The translations under genes and the position numbers were made by a program. Below, piece by piece: positions 61,456 to 64,000 of a DNA stretch of 64,000 nt. The number at the start of each line of letters is the position of its first letter. Position 1 is the first letter of the stretch. Below the pieces are notes generated by a model, which had not been told where the DNA came from, made no database searches, and saw only the letters and a list, made by a program, of their open reading frames with translations. Origin of the DNA: Octopus sinensis (lineage: Eukaryota); the NCBI RefSeq assembly GCF_006345805.1, contig NC_043006.1, positions 65,162,001 to 65,226,000 of the forward strand, given 5' to 3'.

Positions 61456-61496
<41 letters not shown>

Positions 61497-61706
61497 GATG
61501 GTGAGCTGGCAGAATCATTAGCATACTGGATGAAATGCTTAGCAGTATTTTGTCTGCTGTTAGGTCTGAGTTCAAATTCCACCAAGGTTGACTTTGCTTT
61601 TCATCCTTTCTGGGTCGATAAAATAAGTACCAGTTGAGCACTGGGGTCAACGGAATCGACTCATCCCCTCACCCAAAATTGCTGTCTTTGTGGCAAAATT
61701 TGAAAC

Positions 61707-61757
<51 letters not shown>

Positions 61758-63990
61758 GTGGTGAGCTGGCCGAATCATTAGAACACTGAATAAAATATTT
61801 ATTGGCATTTCTTTCATCTTTACTATTGCATAATCCATCAATGGGCCACCAGTGAAACACTGGGCTTAATATAATCGACTCATCCCATACCCTAAAATAG
61901 TTGCCCTTTTGGCAAAGGTTGACTTTGCCTTTCATCTTTTCAGGGGCTGAAGTAATTGATTTCCCAATCCCTCAAAATTGCTGGCCTTGTGCCAAAATAA
62001 TTAATTCAAATTCTGGAGTTGATAAAATACTATCAGTTATATATACTGTGATTGATTCAATTAACCATTCCATCCTCCCAGAAATTTGTGGTCTTTTACC
62101 TATGCTGGAAACCATCTATGTTGTTCGTGTTGTTAACACAATCATGTGACCCAAAACCCAGTTTTTCAGTCTTGTCTTAGGTCCTCACTCTTGTGAAATT
62201 AATAAACTTTGTCCATTCCCTCCAAACTTCCTCTACTTGGGGCTCATACAAGTAAAACATTTCTGTGTGAGTGATGTCTTTATACATATAATGAGATGAA
62301 ATCATTGTTGCATTTTCAACTCCAGTGCTGTTGTGTTTTGTCTGGGCAAAACCCTTTGAACCCTTATTACCTCAGTTTACATTTTGCTGTCTCTTGAAAT
62401 AGGTACAAGATCTCTTGGGTATGTTGCCTATGAAAGATTGGTCTCTATTGAATGTTAATGTCTTGTGTTTTGTGTTTAATACTACAAAACCACAGCTTAA
62501 CAACTGACTCTTAAAAGACCATCATCATCACCATTTAACATCTGTTTTTCATGCTGGCATGAGTTGGATGGTTCGACCCAAGACAGGTAGCTGGTAGAAA
62601 CGTTAGCACGTGGGCGAAATGCTCAGCAGTATTTCATCTGTCTTTACGTTCTGAGTTCAAATTCCGCCGAGGTCGACTTTGCCTTTCATCCTTTCGGGGT
62701 CGATAAATTAAGTACCAGTTACGCACTGGGGTCGATGTAATCGACTTAATACCTATGTCTGTCCTTGTTTGTCCACTCTATGTTTAGCCCCTTGTGGGTA
62801 ATAAAGAAATAGGTTCGACAGGAGCCAGTACACCAGTAGATTGCAGCATGCTCCAATGTTTGCTTTTGGCATGGAAGAGCATCCAGCTGTGTTCTACAGC
62901 TTGATGCCTTTCCTAATGTCATTATATTTAAGCATATCAAGGTATATCACTATGGGCAGGGGTCGGGGTCCAGTTTGAAAGTCTCCTCCTATTTTTGTTC
63001 TTGTCCTTAGTAAACTAAACATAACGATAGTTAATGGACCAAATCATTAGAGCATCAATCAATGCTTTGTGATATTTGTTTTGGGTTTTTACATTCTAAG
63101 TTCAAATCCTGGTGAGGGCAATTTTGTCTTTCATCCTGCTGGGGTCAGTAAAACAAAATGCAAGTCATGTACTGGGGTCAAATTAACTGACTTAATCTCC
63201 AGCTCCTGAATTAGAAATCATTATGTAGCAAAAGATAAGACAGTGACTTGGTAGAATTATTTATGTCAGTGAACAAGCTTTGTGGTTTTTGTTTCATCTC
63301 TATATTCTGAGTTCAAATCCTGCCACGGTCAGCTTTTCCTGTTATCCTTCCAGGACAAAAAAATAAAGTGCTACTCAAGTATTGGAGTTGATTTAATTGT
63401 CTAACACCTGCCCTTACATTGCTGGCCTTATCTCTCAATTCTAGAAATTGAGAGATAAAATATTTATCTTGGTTTGTTTATGTCCCTGTAACTAAGCAGT
63501 TCAGCAAAATAGACTAATAGAATAAGTACCAGAATTAATAGAAAGAAAAACACAAAGTACTGGTCAATTTCTTTGACTAAAACTCTTGAAGACAGTGTCC
63601 CTGCATGGCCAGTGACTGCAACAAATAAAAGATAAGGGATGGTGTTGATTTGTTCCCCTAAAATCTTTCAAATCAGTGCCCCAGTATGGCCACAGTCCAA
63701 CGATTTGGACAGAATCAAAGATAAAAGATGAGGTTTTCTTCAACTAAAACCCTTTGAGGTGGTGCCCCAGTATCGCCACAGTCCAATAACTAAAACAAGT
63801 AAATGATAAAAGATTCATCCACCACCCCCCACTTGATAATTATTTGCCCCACCTTTTCTATTTCATAATCAAAGGTATCCATCAATGGGCCACCAGTGAA
63901 ACACTGGGCTTAATATAACTGACTCATCCCCTACCCCAAAATGGCTGCCCTTTTGGCAAGATTTGAAACCATTATTTTATCATTATTTTA
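61030..63990 (+). repeat. Cluster of same-orientation SINE copies and tails linked by (ATT)n
   Basis: Recurrent TTCTGAGTTCAAATTC..GAGGTcgACTTTGCCTTTCATCCTTTCGGGGTCgATAAA at about 61090, 61310, 61565, 62650, 63095 and 63305; three tandem SINE tails at 63480-63815. Confidence 0.75.
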
Positions 63991-64000
63991 ATGTCCATGT

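Overview
AT-rich, microsatellite- and SINE-dense animal genomic DNA; the repeat families look cephalopod/octopus-like (inference). There are two host genes, head-to-head. On the - strand is the first coding exon of a CDK12/13-type CTD kinase (17829-16802), followed by an intron of at least 16.8 kb. On the + strand is a complete six-coding-exon inositol polyphosphate 1-phosphatase (INPP1, 31783-59592, 380 aa when spliced). The 20-kb INPP1 intron holds a decayed RTE LINE, into which an intact 4.26-kb Ty3/Gypsy retrotransposon has inserted (identical 277-bp LTRs, ATGAC target duplication, open gag and pol). This element is the main point of interest. It lacks a normal TGG-type primer-binding site; instead, the 12 nt abutting the 5' LTR are the exact complement of the 5' end of tRNA-Phe. 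A candidate 71-nt intron runs from inside the 5' LTR into that PBS, and there is a GGGAAAC slippery site plus pseudoknot for -1 frameshifting. The rest is Penelope relics (several with hammerhead-ribozyme-like cores), RTE/CR1 fragments, mariner/pogo/hAT/piggyBac-like relics and many tRNA-derived SINEs. All calls were made by eye without database searches, and boundaries of decayed repeats are approximate.
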